In this document: in pieces, positions 36,936 to 51,633 of the stretch
How positions within the stretch are numbered: position 1 is the first letter of the stretch
Layout of the letters: the number at the start of each line of letters is the position of its first letter
Assembly (NCBI RefSeq): GCF_006345805.1
Contig: NC_043001.1
Span: 1,798,001 to 1,862,000, forward strand
Reading direction: 5' to 3'
Length of the DNA stretch: 64,000 nt
From: Octopus sinensis
Taxonomy: Eukaryota
Notes under the pieces: model-generated
Told to the model about the DNA's origin: nothing
Databases searched by the model: none
The model's input: the letters and a program-made list of their open reading frames with translations, nothing else
Made by a program: the position numbers and the translations under genes

Positions 36936-37172
36936 GGTTTATGACAATTATGTTGTGTGAAAAATTTCTTTCTTTCTTCTTCTTGCTACCGACAAACTGT
37001 AACTGTCAACTCGTATGTACCATTTAAGAGAAATAAGAGTCACCTTGATTCTATTAGTTTCAAGAATATTTGACAGAAATAGGGGGGAAAATATATAACA
37101 GAACAATCGTAATAAGTGATATAGTAAAAAACAAAAAAAAAACCCACAAAACACACCAAGCAAATATATGCT

Positions 37173-37217
<45 letters not shown>

Positions 37218-37458
37218 AGTTTTATAGGACAAACCAGGATAAACAGAAAGCAAAACATGAGTAACCAAAGGAATTTAGAAAGTGACTTGCATCTGTTTCT
37301 GGGGTTTGGTGTTCTGTAAATGCAGCAAAGTGCATTGTGTGTTCATATTACATGAAGTAGATTCGTGTAAGAGAATGTATATGGAATAATGCAAGTTGAA
37401 ATTCTATGATCAATCACTCAGTCTTCTGAAAGGAAATAATGGTTAAACAACGAAAGGT

Positions 37459-37872
37459 ACTCTTTTACTCTTTTACTTGTTTCAGTCATTTGACTGCAGC
37501 CATGCTGGAGCACCACCTTTCGTCGAGCCAATCGACCTCAGGACTTATTCTTTGTAAGCCTAGTACATATTCTATCGGTCTCTATTGCCGAACAGCTAAG
37601 TTACGGGGATGTAAACACACCAGCATCGGTTGTGAAGCGATGTTGGGGGGACAAACACAGACATACAAACATATACACACACATACATATATATATACAT
37701 ATAGACGACGGGCTTCTTTCAGTTTCTGTCTACCAAATCCACTCACAAGGCTTTGGTCAGCCTGAAGATATAGTAGAAGACATTTGCCCAAGGTGCCACA
37801 TAGTGGGACTGAACCCGGAACCATGTGGTTGGTAAGCAAGCTACTTACCACACAGCCACTCCTACGCCTATA
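37459..37872 (-). mobile_element. Full-length CORE-like tRNA SINE (resembles octopus OR-type SINEs)
   Basis: RC: ggcgtaggagtggctgtgtggtaag (A box), gggttcagtccc (B box), accttgggcaaatgtcttc (CORE-like), central microsatellite, (agtaaaag)n tail. Confidence 0.88.
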
Positions 37873-39888
37873 GTTAATATGTAATATATATTGTTAATTA
37901 GCCGCAAGTCATAAGGAGAGAGGAGGGAGGAGGGAGGGAAAGGCAGGAACAGGAAGGGAGAGAGGAAGAGGAGAGAGAAGAGAGGAAGAGGAGAGAGAAG
38001 AGAGGAAGAGGAGAGAGAGAGCAATAATCTAGGTACTGGATGGAGGGCATGGAGAGAAAGGTAAGACCAAAATAGAGTTGGAAGTGAGGGAAAAAGTCAA
38101 GAGAAGGAGATGTAGAGCAAAAAGAGAAAAGGGGAATAAGAGAGAAGGCAGAAGATACAAGGGAAAGATGGGGTGGGTCTATAATATCAATAAAATGGCC
38201 AGTTGTTCCAAAGACCGAGTCTCCTGGTTTGCTTGTCTGTCTAGTTTCTGGGAATCCCCCACATGTGTAAAAAAGCCAATCCCAGAAGAACATTAAAAGA
38301 AGGATGTAAATACAAAGGAGAAGCAAAGGTGGAATAATAAATGCTGGTGGGAGAAGCTAAAATAGGGGTAGGAGAAGTAATTACATAACTAATTAATACT
38401 TTTAATCATGTAGATATATATTAGTTAATTGTTAAACAAGGTCTAAAGAACATAAATGCATATAGTTATAAGGTTTGGTAATTGACTATGTTAGGTGTAA
38501 AGCCTAAGAATTAAAAGCCTCACCAAAGCAGGTGAGTAAAAAAGAAGGAGCACGCATAGGTTATTATCTCATTCAGGTGGGACATATCCAATATATTGTC
38601 AAAATATAAAAAAAAAGCAGAAGTAATGTTGTTAAAAGGTGATAACCTCCTCTAGGCAGTTCCGAAGACAGTTGGAGCTTCATCTTAAAGTCTTGATGTT
38701 GTTATCGAGAGTCACCGGGATAGAGAGTACCTCATAACTAAGAAGTGGCATTCTTAGCAGAGGGTAATGTAATCTCTTAAGGAAATTGAGAAATTATCTA
38801 AAAATTGAAATTTGGAAATAATAGAAACAAACAGAATGCAGTGATTGGAAACTAAAACTAATTCCATAAAATGAAGAAGGCTTAGAAATCGTTAACGAAG
38901 TCTGAAAACAAACATAAATCAAATGGCAAACCTTACTCATATTCATTCAAGAACAGCACTGCTAAATATTGCAGCCATACGATGCAGGGTAGTTGCAATA
39001 TAATAGAAAACGACAACAAAAGAAAACACTGTGTGAAGTAAGGCAGGGAGAAATGGGCTTTGCTAAGGTAAGTGGGGAAGCAAAAATAAGGCCCCAGAAA
39101 GAATAGTTATAAACTATGTGATTCAAAACAATAAATCTTATGGATGGAATGTGCTAGGATCACAGTATGCTTTTTTAAAAAAAGAAAAGAGTAAAAAAGA
39201 AGAAATTGGTAACAAGACAATCACAATGAGGTTCCTGATGACAAAAATGATGACGATAACCACGACCATGATAATGGTGGTGGAGATGGGGATAATGATG
39301 ATTACATTGATGACATCAATGTTGATAGTAATGAACAATATTATAACCCTTTTTGAATATTTTGCGATAATTCATCGAAATAATAAAAGTGCAACCTGCT
39401 GGAGAAAGAGGAAGAATTAAGGAAAAAAATATGCAGCATGAGGGAGAGAGAGAGAAAGAGAGAGGAGGGAGAGGGTAAATCTGCTGGTTCAGTTTCAAAA
39501 TGGAACAAGCATTTAGAGAAAACAGTACCATACAGAGAGAAAGAAACAAATCTATAGAAGAAAAAAAAAACGACAACTTACAAGCAGGTTGATAAAGCAG
39601 GAAGTTCGATACAAATGAAGAATGATGTGATATTTTACTGAAAGAAAATTTGGAACGCTAAAAAAAAAGAGAGAAAAAAAGGTAAGTTATTTCGAATGCT
39701 GCAAGAAGAGTGGATTAAACAGCAGGAAATCTTGAAAAAAAGTGAGAGAATGTAAGGACAAATCCGGACATGACTGTCAGTGACGATGGTGAGTACATGA
39801 TGGCCTGGTTGCATTAGCATTCAAGGACACCGAAAGTAAAAGAAGAGAATATAGAAACAAAAAATACACAGCAAAAATGACATACGTA

Positions 39889-39920
<32 letters not shown>

Positions 39921-39928
<8 letters not shown>

Positions 39929-40682
39929 CATATATATATGCTTGCATTTGTATGTGTATATATATATATGCATCTCTGATACTGTGGTATATGTGGAAGC
40001 ATTTCCATAAGAGGCTGCTAAATGAAGAATTTGAATGGAGTAAAGATTAGCTAACCTAGTTTGAGTTGGTTGAGATGCAAGCTCGATAGATCACAGCAGT
40101 GTCTGTAAATAAGTCTATCCAAGGAGATAAAAGCCGGGCAAGCTGCCAAGCCCTCTGGTGTTGTTGAGATAGTCTACAGGTAGAATTAGTAACACAGTTA
40201 AAAGAAATCACTACTAAAATGGACTTATCACGTGTCACAGGTATTGTTAATTTCCATAAAAAGATATAAACGCTACGTTATGATTTTATTTTAGGAAATG
40301 GCTTATTGGCTGAAAAGTGGTCTGGTGAAGATATTTTTGAAGATTGAACAGAACAAAGGAGGAAAAAAAAGTGTTCACGGTTATGCGTAATGTGTGTGTG
40401 TGCATGCATGCATGCATGTGTGTGTGACACTTTTAGTGTGTATTTGTGTGTGTGTATATATCCCCTTCCTCCTCCCCTTATCATTCTGCATAAGTTTCCA
40501 TGCATGCAGAGATCAGATATATATGTATGTATATATCTATATATGTGTGTGTGGGTGTATGCGTGTGCATGTATATATATATATGAGCACATGCATATAC
40601 ACACACACATATGTTTATATGTGCATGTATATATACATATATATACATCCATCCATCCATATATATATATATAATATATATA

Positions 40683-40726
<44 letters not shown>

Positions 40727-41470
40727 TATATATACATGTACATATATATATGCTTGCATTTGTATGTATATATATATATATGCATCTCTGATACTGTGGT
40801 ATATGTGGAAGCATTTCCATAGGAGGCTGCTAAATGAAGAATTGAATGGAGTAAAGATTAGCTAACCTAGTTTGAGTTGGTTGAGATGCAAGCTCGATAG
40901 ATCACAGCAGTGTCTGTAAATAAGTCTATCCAAGGAGATAAAAGCCGGGCAAGCTGCCAAGCCCTCTGGTGTTGTTGAGATAGTCTACAGGTAGAATTAG
41001 TAACACAGTTAAAAGAAATCACTACTAAAATGGACTTATCACGTGTCACAGGTATTGTTAATTTCCATAAAAAGATATAAACGCTACGTTATGATTTTAA
41101 TTTTAGGAAATGGCTTATTGGCTGAAAAGTGGTCTGGTGAAGATATTTTTGAAGATTGAACAGAACAAAGGAGGAAAAAAAAGTGTTCACGGTTATGCGT
41201 AATGTGTGTGTGTGCATGCATGCATGCATGTGTGTGTGACACTTTTAGTGTGTATTTGTGTGTGTGTATATATCCCCTTCCTCCTCCCCTTATCATTCTG
41301 CATAAGTTTCCATGCATGCAGAGATCAGATATATATGTATGTATATATCTATATATATGTGTGTGTGGGTGTATGCGTGTGCATGTATATATATATATGA
41401 GCACATGCATATACACACACACATATGTTTATATGTGCATGTATATATACATATATATACATCCATCCAT

Positions 41471-41474
<4 letters not shown>
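39921..41474. repeat. Near-perfect tandem duplication, period ~812 bp
   Basis: 39921-40660 repeated at 40733-41474; both begin and end in (TA)n; the ORF track shows an identical 60-aa ORF twice. Confidence 0.95.
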
Positions 41475-41519
<45 letters not shown>

Positions 41520-41549
41520 CATACATACATACATACATACATACATACA

Positions 41550-41580
<31 letters not shown>

Positions 41581-41974
41581 GTACATACACACATACACAC
41601 ATACACACATACATACATACATACATACATACATACATACATACATACGTATGTACATACATACATATGTACATACATACATGCTGACGTATATATATAT
41701 ATATATGGACACACACATATATAATCATCATCATTTAATGTCTGTTTTCCCTGCTGACATAAATGGGATGGTTTGACAGGGCCTCATGGGCTAAGAAGAC
41801 CAGACCAAAACTCCAGTGTTTGTTTTGGCAGGCTTTCTATGGCTGGATGATTTTCCTCATACCAATTACTTTACAGAATGTACTTATGTCCATGTATGTA
41901 TATGATATATATATATACCCATATATATGCCTATGTATGTATATTTACACACATACACCTGCATGTACACTAAC

Positions 41975-42291
41975 ACATAATGGATTGAAAGTCCCACCAA
42001 CATTTGCAACACTTGTAATGGGATTCCTGAAAGGAAAAAAAATCTCTTCCCTGTCTGGAATTACTTTTGATCAACATTTCCAATCTTATTTAATAGGAAA
42101 TGATTCCGGATGACTGCTTTATATTTAGGAACGAAAGTAAAGAGGACCTTCTGACATTCCTTAAATTAATAAATTGCATTCATAAATCAATCCAGTCTAC
42201 CATGGGAGTGAATGAAAGTTGACTTCCTTTCCTGGACATTCTGTTAATTAAAGAAAATTAGACAGTTATAACAGAGCTCTAGTACAAGATA

Positions 42292-42339
<48 letters not shown>

Positions 42340-43020
42340 AATATTTAGATTTTAGATCTTGCTGCTCATCCCACACAAAAAGGAACATACCATTCAATAT
42401 GGCAAGACATACATGTTCAATAGTTACAGACACAAATCGATGATAGAAGCGATTGGTTGAACTAAATATGTTGCTTCAGAAACAAAAATATCCCCAAAAT
42501 TTAATAAATCAGGCCAGAATGAAAGTAAGAGAAATTCTAATATTCATCTTATGGAGAAACGCACTGAGAGTGAAAACAAAAAACACAAATGTAAATATTT
42601 CATTTGTAGTCACCCCTAACCCTTAAGGTCCATGACATCTTGTATTCAACCAAATGCCATCTCCAAATTCTACATCAAACATTGAATCTCTGACAGATAA
42701 TTAAAGAACTACAAATAACCAGCAGCCACAAACCACCACAGAATCTCAAAAGTCTCCAAACAAAGGCAAGATTCCCATCACAAAAAGTAATAATGTGGGT
42801 AACAAATTGTGGAAACCCTTGTTGCAGAATGGGTGAAATAAATGAGCAAGAAAAAGATTCAAGAATGGGAAGGAACTGAAGGGGAACGAAAACATGAATT
42901 TCCAAACCAAAACTCTCATCCACTGTGTCACCTGTCCACAGAGCAATGGGAACCAGGATCAAATTTAACCAGGTGTGTGAGAATGCACAAACAACAAATT
43001 AAAGACTCATGTCTCAGAAG

Positions 43021-43070
<50 letters not shown>

Positions 43071-43160
43071 AGACCTGTGCCAGTAGATGGTTGGAACTAT
43101 TTTTCAGTGAATTAAACTGAGAACTGTGAAATGAGACATTATTCATAGGCATATCAGGCA
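41975..43160 (+). pseudogene. Penelope-like element RT + GIY-YIG region, heavily decayed
   Basis: PTFATLVMGFL..DDCFI..LPFLDILLIK..HQYLDFRSC..HTKRNIPFNMARHICSIV..QKYPQNLI..KPPQNLKSL..RMHKQQIK. Confidence 0.85.
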
Positions 43161-43596
43161 GTATGGTTCAGGATTTGAACTCATGACTTTTGTTCACAAC
43201 TCTGAATCTTCTTACTGTTACCCTTTTATTGAGCATTTCTGATATTATGCCTCAAATGAAAATGGTTGGAATGTGTTGCAGCCAACTCACAGATGCTTCA
43301 TTTCTATCAAAAAATAATCCTGAGTAAATTTCCTTTGCGACCACTCAAATTCTCTGTGATTAGTTTTAACTGAATATTGACATGTACAACAACATGTACA
43401 ACAACATGATTTTTCATTTATTTCATTTTGATGTGTTAAAACATTATAACTGTGAGGAAATATTAAATGATGATTGTTGTCTCTTGTTAAAGCTGGATGA
43501 CAAAGCAGATAATGAATTTGGTTCAAGTAAACAAGATTTGTCTCAGAAAGTAGGTTCTCTAGCATGGCTTGCTGAATTTTGAACCATCACTTTCAG

Positions 43597-43640
43597 ATTC
43601 TCCAGTTCCGGAGCATGGCCGACTATACTTCCGTGAAAAG
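43597..43640 (+). CDS. Candidate short internal exon (ILQFRSMADYTSVK or DSPVPEHGRLYFREK)
   Basis: Acceptor catcactttcag, donor AAG|gtaaga, CpGs retained, two open frames. Confidence 0.3.
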
Positions 43641-44777
43641 GTAAGAGTCAGATGGGAAAAATTGTGTCACCATAAAATGCATTCATTGCGTACACGAATA
43701 TGGCTTGACCGGTCCCAGTATTGGCTGATTTGTAACTATTGAAGCTGGAAACTTCCTAAGAAGTGTATTAGTTTCTTCACTAAATAGCTTGATCAAAAAT
43801 AAGTTCCAGAGAGTTTTGCTTGCACTTATAAAAGGAAAGGAATTTAAACACTGGACCAGAGACATAGTAGATAAGTCCATAAGGAGCTCTGTCAATTTGT
43901 TTAATGCAATGGTCTCACACCTACTTCTACTTTTCCTTATTTAGCAAGCTCCCATCTTTACATTCTGAGATCAAATCCCACCAGGATTGCCTTTGCCTGT
44001 CATTCTTTTGGGGTTGATATAAGCACCCATTGAATACTGGGGTCAATATAATTGACTTACCCTTCCTCAAAAACTGCTGGCCTTGTGGTAAAATTTGAGA
44101 ACCTTATTTAGCAAGCTTGTGTCATGTTTGACAGAAAGTTTGGGCATCGAATAGTGTCAAGTCAGGCACACATTACTTACAGGCAGCAGTTTTTACCATT
44201 TTTTTCTTTGACTTGTCTTCAATAACTATAATCTACTTTCATCATATTATCTAGCATTTTGTAATTCAGTAAACTTATCACTGTTCCATTTGTTATTGCA
44301 TGGATATTGTTCCATTCAATCAAATATTTGTTTACAGGTAAATATAAATGCTTTGTGTTAATGAATATATATGAAAATGCAAATAGATATTAATGTAGTT
44401 TTACCTTCACATGCAGCCTTCCTAATTCTGTGTGCAACCAACAACGAAGTAACGATGAAAACCCACACTAAAGTATTTTTACACGAGGTTATTCCAACTA
44501 ATTATTCTGAGTTTTAAAGTCTCAGATTTGTTGCATAATTGTCATTTAGACTAACGTCACAGCTATTAATATCAGAGCTTGTTGTTGTGGCTTATTGTTG
44601 TAGCTGTATATTGTTACGTTTTACAATAACAACACATACAAATATCTTGGCTTATTGTTATTGAGTCACCACATCTATAATGTAGTGTTATGCTTCAGAA
44701 CGTGTTGTGCTTAACACACATAATTCAAATTCTTATGTAAAATGTTTGTGTGTGCACACATGTGTTTTGTATGCAAG

Positions 44778-45135
44778 AATGTATATATGTGTAAGTGTAT
44801 ATATATGTAAGTATATATATATGTGTGTGCCAGTGTATATATGTGTGCCAATGTATATATGTGTAAGTGTCTATATATGTAAGTATATATATATGTGTGT
44901 GCCAGTGTATATATGTGTGCCAATGTATATATGTGTAAGTGTCTATATATGTAAGTATATATATATGTGTGTGCCAGTGTATATATGTGTGCCAATGTAT
45001 ATATGTGTAAGTGTCTATATATGTAAGTATATATATATGTGTGTGCCAGTGTATATATGTGTGCCAATGTATATATGTGTAAGTGTATATATATGTAAGT
45101 ATATATATATGTGTGTGCCAGTGTGTGCCATGTGT
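44778..45135. repeat. Minisatellite, 72-bp unit, ~5 copies
   Basis: Unit starts at 44778, 44850, 44922, 44994 and 45066; near-identical. Confidence 0.92.
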
Positions 45136-46755
45136 ATATATATTTATATATGTATGTACATACATATACCTGCATATACATATGCATGTATATCCACCTG
45201 TCTATGTATAAATAGTTATGCACAGTTACATATATACACATACTGATTGTATACATGTCCACATATACACCTATACATATATATATAGATGTATATGTAT
45301 GTTTATTCATGTATCTGTCAATGTATATCTTTATATGCATTTATATATATAGATGTGCATATGAATACATATATATACACACACACATGCATACGCATCT
45401 ATACACACACACACATTCATATACATGAATCAATTTAAAAGCATTGACAGCGAAGTAACCCATTAAAAGTAAAGAGACTCTGGAGAGAAATTCCTCCTCC
45501 CCCTTCCTCCCCTTCCCCTTCCCAATAATAATGACTGTAATCACAATACAGAGTTGTTAGAATCTAATGACTTGAAGGATCATTATGAGAAGCTAAGATG
45601 TAACTTTTCTAAAAACAGATTAACAAAACTAAATAACAAAATAAAAGTAAAAACAAAGAACAAAAAAAAACAACAGAATATTCTATGTTGAGAACGAACT
45701 ATTGGCCTTCTTTTACTCATTACAGATTTTATAAACACTTAACAATGCCAACTAATTAATCAGTCTCATCAAATGTAAAATCGGAGTATTCTAGCTGCAT
45801 AAAACTTTTCTGTTCATGTGTATTCTATTGTTAGCAATCACAACGAAGATATGTCTGTCTGCTGGGTTTCGTGGACTAATGCACGAAAAGTACAGTCATT
45901 TCTTACATTATTAATGGAGAGCGAAAGCTATATTAAAGGAAACGAAATCAATTCGTTAAAATGTATTATTGGTTGAAAAATATGTATTTACTTCAGTAGA
46001 GTTAAAAATAAATGCTTTTATATAATTTTATAGCTTAGAGAAAATATACACTAGGCGCAGAAGAAGAGAGGGAAAAATATACAGAACAAAAATGTCTGAC
46101 AAAAACTTAATGGAATGGACAAAACGAATGTGCAGCTAAGCTTGAAAATTTCCAAACTAAATTATATGCAAGAATAAAATAAACACAACCAAGATTTTTG
46201 TTGTTGTTGTTGCTGATTTGATTTTACATGTTGTTGATGATGGTGTTAATGTTCTTATATATATATGCTGTTTGTTTTTATTTGTTGCATGGAGGCAAAT
46301 GGAAGAAAGAAATGCCCAGAGAGAGAAAAAAGAAAGTCACATGGAAGAGAATTAAATGGAATAAAGTAAATTCAGCGAAAGAGAAAGTAATGATAAGCAG
46401 AGTTAACTTTTAATGTAAGAAAAGTAAAACTGATTATGTGAATAGAAGATAGACACATAAATTGGTTAATAAAATTTACAAATATGCAGCCACACACAAA
46501 CCTGCCCCTTAAAAACGAAAAATAATGAAGTGAGAGGCAGAGAGCAAAGCAAAGATGCTTGTTTGCATATGTATGGACACATAGATGCTTGTACGTGAAT
46601 GTGTATACTTACGAATATATATGTGTGTGTTTGATATGTTGCATTGAAGATAATAAATGTAAGAAAAAATGTACTCAATACTGGAAGTAGAATTTAAAAA
46701 ATTGAGTTCACTCAGCCAGAAACTAAACTGACTGCTTGCATGTGTGTGTGTGTGT

Positions 46756-46799
<44 letters not shown>

Positions 46800-47227
46800 C
46801 CATAACATTTGCCAAAAGAATATTCAAAACAGTGCATTTCAACTCATCTGAGTGATGTGTTACTCATTAAAATTGCTCAACAGATAGAAATTACTCAGTA
46901 TTATAGCATGTCTAAAATGAAGTAATAAAAAAGGGAAGAATGGATCTCTAATAGTCTCTATCAAAGAAATATGAGTTCCGAGATTCCATAGCTCCCTCTC
47001 TTCTGCTTCTGTAAGCAGTCACTTCATCAATCAGTGTTAAAAAAAGCAATGGCCATATAGCAGTCAGTCATGGTGAGGTGGAACTAAACAGGAATGGTTC
47101 AGCCAAATCTAGCATATTAATTAGACTCACAAAAGCTCAACTGAGTCTATCTGGCCTAATCAAAACATGACTCCTTCACACTACTCAACGAGTATAATCA
47201 TAAATTATGCTCAGTTATGGTATACAT

Positions 47228-47258
<31 letters not shown>

Positions 47259-47303
47259 CACACAAACACACACACACATATATATATACACACAAACACA
47301 CAT

Positions 47304-47358
<55 letters not shown>

Positions 47359-47372
47359 TATATGTATATATA

Positions 47373-48192
47373 CTAGCTTACGTACCCGGTAATAACTGTT
47401 TTGCTAATGCAATAGCAACAGTACAAGGTATGTAGCCCTTAAAATGGTTTTTGTGCATTTACAGGGAATACCGAATCATCTTGCAGAGGACCTTGTATCT
47501 TGTTTTTAGGAAATCCCAATAAGTTATGAATACCAAAATCATGAAATCAGTTACGTAATAGCACGCAAATTAACAGTACAAATACTAAGAAATAAACATA
47601 CTCAACTTGATTTATACCAAATGAAATGTAATATTTTGAAAAATTTTTGCATGGTTGCCATGGAAACAGTATGTTAATGGTAAAATTTGCAAATAAGTTG
47701 TGGCATTGATATCTCCATGACCCCTGGTGAGGTTTTACTCATTTTTGTTTTAAATGAAAGATCTTTGGTAGGTCTATGAAATGTCGTTAAATTTATATAT
47801 TGACTTCAGACAGGGGTTAGATTTATAGTATCCCTGACCTTGTTTGACTACTTCTTGTAAGAAAGTCCATGTAATATAGAATGCACACATATTTATACAA
47901 CTTAACCACTGGCAACTGGTCACTCTAATGATATTGTTTCTCTAATAAATGGAGGGGAAAATGACCAGTGGGCAAAAGAGAAAAACAAAAGGGTAATTTC
48001 CCCTTAGCCATTAAAGGAAAATAGAAGGATAATATCTGGACCCATTCTAGGGGCTCTAGCCATCCAATTATGGATTTTTATTAAACTGCATTGAACCTAG
48101 TAACAAACTGGATGTTGGTTTAGCATGTATGCAAAGTTTCATGAAGATTTGTTGACACAAACAAACAGACTGCTATTTATATATGTATAGAT
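47373..48192 (+). mobile_element. Non-autonomous Helitron/Helentron-like (DINE-1/Lep1-style) element
   Basis: Starts (ta)ctagc..acccgg; near the end gcaaagtttcatgaagat, (acaa)n/cagac microrepeat, then atttatatatgtatagat. Confidence 0.5.
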
Positions 48193-49768
48193 ACATAATA
48201 TGAGTGACGTTAGATAAGGCTGGTTTATGGGATTATCCTGGGTTGCACATCAATAAAGCACTTAGCTTTACAGTGTATCATCAGATCCCAAAACCTGTTA
48301 GCTTTAAGGCTTCTCTCTATATAAATGAACTTTAGGTTAGTTCAAATATGTTTGTGACATACTTCAACTTCTAAAGGTAAATTCACTGTAAGTACCATGG
48401 AGTAAAAATTCTCTCCTATGGTAAAAGATACAGAAACGCCCATACCGTCGAGCAGAATCCCAGATATGCATTTCTGGCTTTTTAGCCTTCCTCAGTGGGA
48501 AATACTATATGTGTATGTGTGTGTGTTTGTAGGTATGTATAAATAGCTGTCAGCAGGGGCTGATTGTAGCTAAGAACCATTTATACATCAAGTGAATGAG
48601 CTAGTTGGCTTGTAACAGCCTTTAAATATAAGGTCCATGGAAAGTCAGGAATATTTCTCTCTCATAATATTACGTTTGTTGTTATCCGTCATGAATCTGC
48701 TGCTAATAATGACAATTTCAGTTTCTTGGATTTATCAAATCAGTTGCAGCTTTCTTTTATTTCACTGCTTTCTCAACCTGGTTATTCCTTGTAGCTGTTT
48801 GCCAACAAATATGGTGTTAATTCTCTTGAGAGAGGCATTAACATCAAATAATCTCAACTGTTCCCTTTGATAACGAAGACATTTTCTGCCTCTCTATGCA
48901 TTTCTCATTGTTGTTATTCTCTCAGCGATTGAAGTCCACTGAAAGATCAGTTGGACCTAATTCACTTCAATTAAATCTATGAGGTCACAGAGAAAATCTA
49001 AAACCCTGCAACTTAGCATTTACTCTCTCCTCTTTCAAATTTAATTTGGTTCATGTATGGCATTTAAACATGAGAAATAGAATATTAAATATATTTTATA
49101 GAATTATGGTGATAAACTTAATAGTATGATATTTAATATTATTGGTCTTTCAGTTCCTATCAATTAAACTTTATTTCTCTCTTTATATTGCCCTGAATCA
49201 AACAATTCTAACTAACCTAACATGTAACCCTGAACAAAGTTGAAAGATTTATCAGCTCTTATCTCTTACAACAAAACAGGACAAGAGAAGACATGATGCT
49301 AAAGCCTCAAACTTAAAGCTTTCTGGTGACTTGTTCAAATTTTCATTATTCCATGTTTATTGCTGGCAGAATCAGCAGAATGATGGAAGAATGCATCCTT
49401 TTGGAGGGGATCAATAAAATAAAGTGCCAGTCAATTTTATGGCATCAACTAACACCCTCCCCTCAAATATGCTGACCTTTTTACCTAAATCAGAAACCAT
49501 CATTTATATTCCTGCTCTGGTTCATTTTGCATTTTATCTTTCTTGGTTCCAATAATATTCCTTCAAATACTTTGCAGCATGTACGGCCTAAATATTACTT
49601 TCTGTGTCATTGCTTTTTGCAGTATGATTGTATTTTTCCAAATTCCTTTGCCATTCATCCTTCCAGGGTCAATAAAATAATGTATGAGCAAATTATTGGA
49701 ACCAATGGCATTGACCATTTCCCTCCTCTAAAAAATTTCAGGTTTTGTGTTTATGTGAGAAACAGCTA

Positions 49769-49996
49769 CTAACCCGTTAGCATTTAAAATAGTCAGGTAT
49801 GACCCAAATATTTTAATTGTTTTACATTCAAACTGGCTACATCCAGCTTATCACACCTGACCCACAATGTTGTTTAAAAATAAAGGGTCACATCACTGAA
49901 CTCTCAAAACTATGAGACAATGCAAAATTAATTCAAAACAATCTAAATAAATAAGTATTGCATTCCACAGAATAATGTGAATGCTAAAGGGTTAAG
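49769..49996. mobile_element. piggyBac-like MITE
   Basis: Termini taacccgttagcatt / aatgctaaagggttaa (TTAA-CCC..GGG-TTAA type). Confidence 0.7.
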
Positions 49997-50854
49997 GGTA
50001 GGGAGCTGGTGGAACCATTCATGCACTGGACAAAATGTGTGGCAGCATTTCATTTGGCTCTTCACAATGTAAGTTCAAATGATGCTGAGGTCAACTTTAC
50101 CTTTCATCTTTTTGGGGTACCGGTTTAGTATTGGATTCCCTATAATAGATTTGCCTGCTTCCCTCAAAATTACTGGTTTTGTACCAAAATTGGAGAAAAT
50201 GAATTGGTGAATCAAATTAGTCTAAACTCTGCTCCTTCAAGGAGATTTCAAAACTAGCTTTTATTTGTTGATGTTCTTAGAGGAGACCAACAGCATTGTT
50301 TTGAGGACATTGCTTCCTCCAAGGAGAGAATCTGTAGAGATATTCCATCACTATGATATTTATAGAAGCGTAAATTTGTTGCTCTCTAATGATATCCTTT
50401 ATTTTCCTGTGTTTAAAGTCCATTTATGATATTACTGATTTCCATTTTCTGAACTCATTTACATTGCTTCAGCTGAATTATTTCTACATTATTTGTTGAA
50501 TTAAAAATGATGTTGTGTCTAGGGATAATGCATTATCTGCTGTCAGTGCAAGAGGAATAAGCCGTATGGTTAAGATCTCACTGAAGTTATATACAGAGTA
50601 CAATGGAAAAGAAAAGAAAAAGCAACCTCCCACATCCATAGGAGCAGGGGCTTCAGGGTTGTAAGTGCATCCCTGAAAACGTTTTTGGTGGAAAGGTGTA
50701 ATGAAAACGCTTTGAACATTCTCCTGAAAACCCTCGTTGCCAAAATGAATGAACATAGAAACATTTTGAGACTGATTTGAAATATTACTTTCCTCTGATT
50801 GTATTTATCTGATTTAACTGATGGTCAAATATAATAATATCATCCCCCTGTGTT

Positions 50855-51050
50855 TAGGGCAGCAAGCTGGCTTGGTAGCATTTCACCCATCTTTACATTG
50901 AACTTCCACTGAGGTTGACTTCACCGTTCATCCTTTTGGGGTTGATAAAATAAGCTGCCAATTGAGAACTGAGATTGATGTAATCAACTCACTCACCATC
51001 AAACAAGAAAAAAGAAAATGCTGGCCTTGTGCCAAAATTTGGACCCATTA
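50855..51050 (+). mobile_element. Nin-like SINE (further decayed copies at ~43940-44100, 49365-49500, 49640-49765, 50000-50195, and minus at 53265-53390)
   Basis: gaggttgacttcaccgttcatccttttggggttgataaaataag..gctggccttgtgccaaaattt. Confidence 0.7.
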
Positions 51051-51267
51051 TTATACTTGCATTTGTTTTGATATTAATATTGCAAAAATTGACCTCGTTT
51101 GTGAAATAATTTGGACCTGGGTTTGCAACCCCTAACTAGGTTTTATTCCTGCACTTATGGCCCTCATAACAAGTCTGGATAAAACGTTTCCACCACAGAT
51201 GCCAGATGTGCATCACCACAAACCATAACAGTTAAAAAAATTAAAAAATAAAGATCGGACACTTTAC

Positions 51268-51310
51268 CATCCTTGCTGCTTCCTTGACTTTGCAAGTTCC
51301 TCATCAATGG
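51268..51310 (-). CDS. Candidate short exon (PLMRNLQSQGSSKD or AIDEELAKSRKQQG)
   Basis: Acceptor ttttcatag, donor ATG|gtaaag, open frames. Confidence 0.18.
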
Positions 51311-51633
51311 CTATGAAAACTATGGGACCATTTTCTGCACAAGTCTGTTTTATTAGCCATTATAATGTCAGAATTTAAGTTCATCACGTTTTAATTACTC
51401 CTTTGTCACTTCTTTCATTGTTTTTTTTTTAATTTTTGGCATTATCTCTTGTGATAGGATTTATTTTTTAGGACAACAGTGTGAATGAATGCTACAACGT
51501 GTGTATGTATTTGTGAGTGGATACGTGGAAGTGTGTGTGTATGTGTGTTCATGTGTGTATGTCAGTAATGTCAGGTATTACAGGCAGATAATGACATAAT
51601 AACTGTGTTCCATTCTGTCTGTTACTTCTCTAG

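Noticed and set aside
39690-39793. Exon ending at the perfect donor ATG|gtgagt
   Set aside because: No acceptor giving an open frame; stops in all frames nearby.
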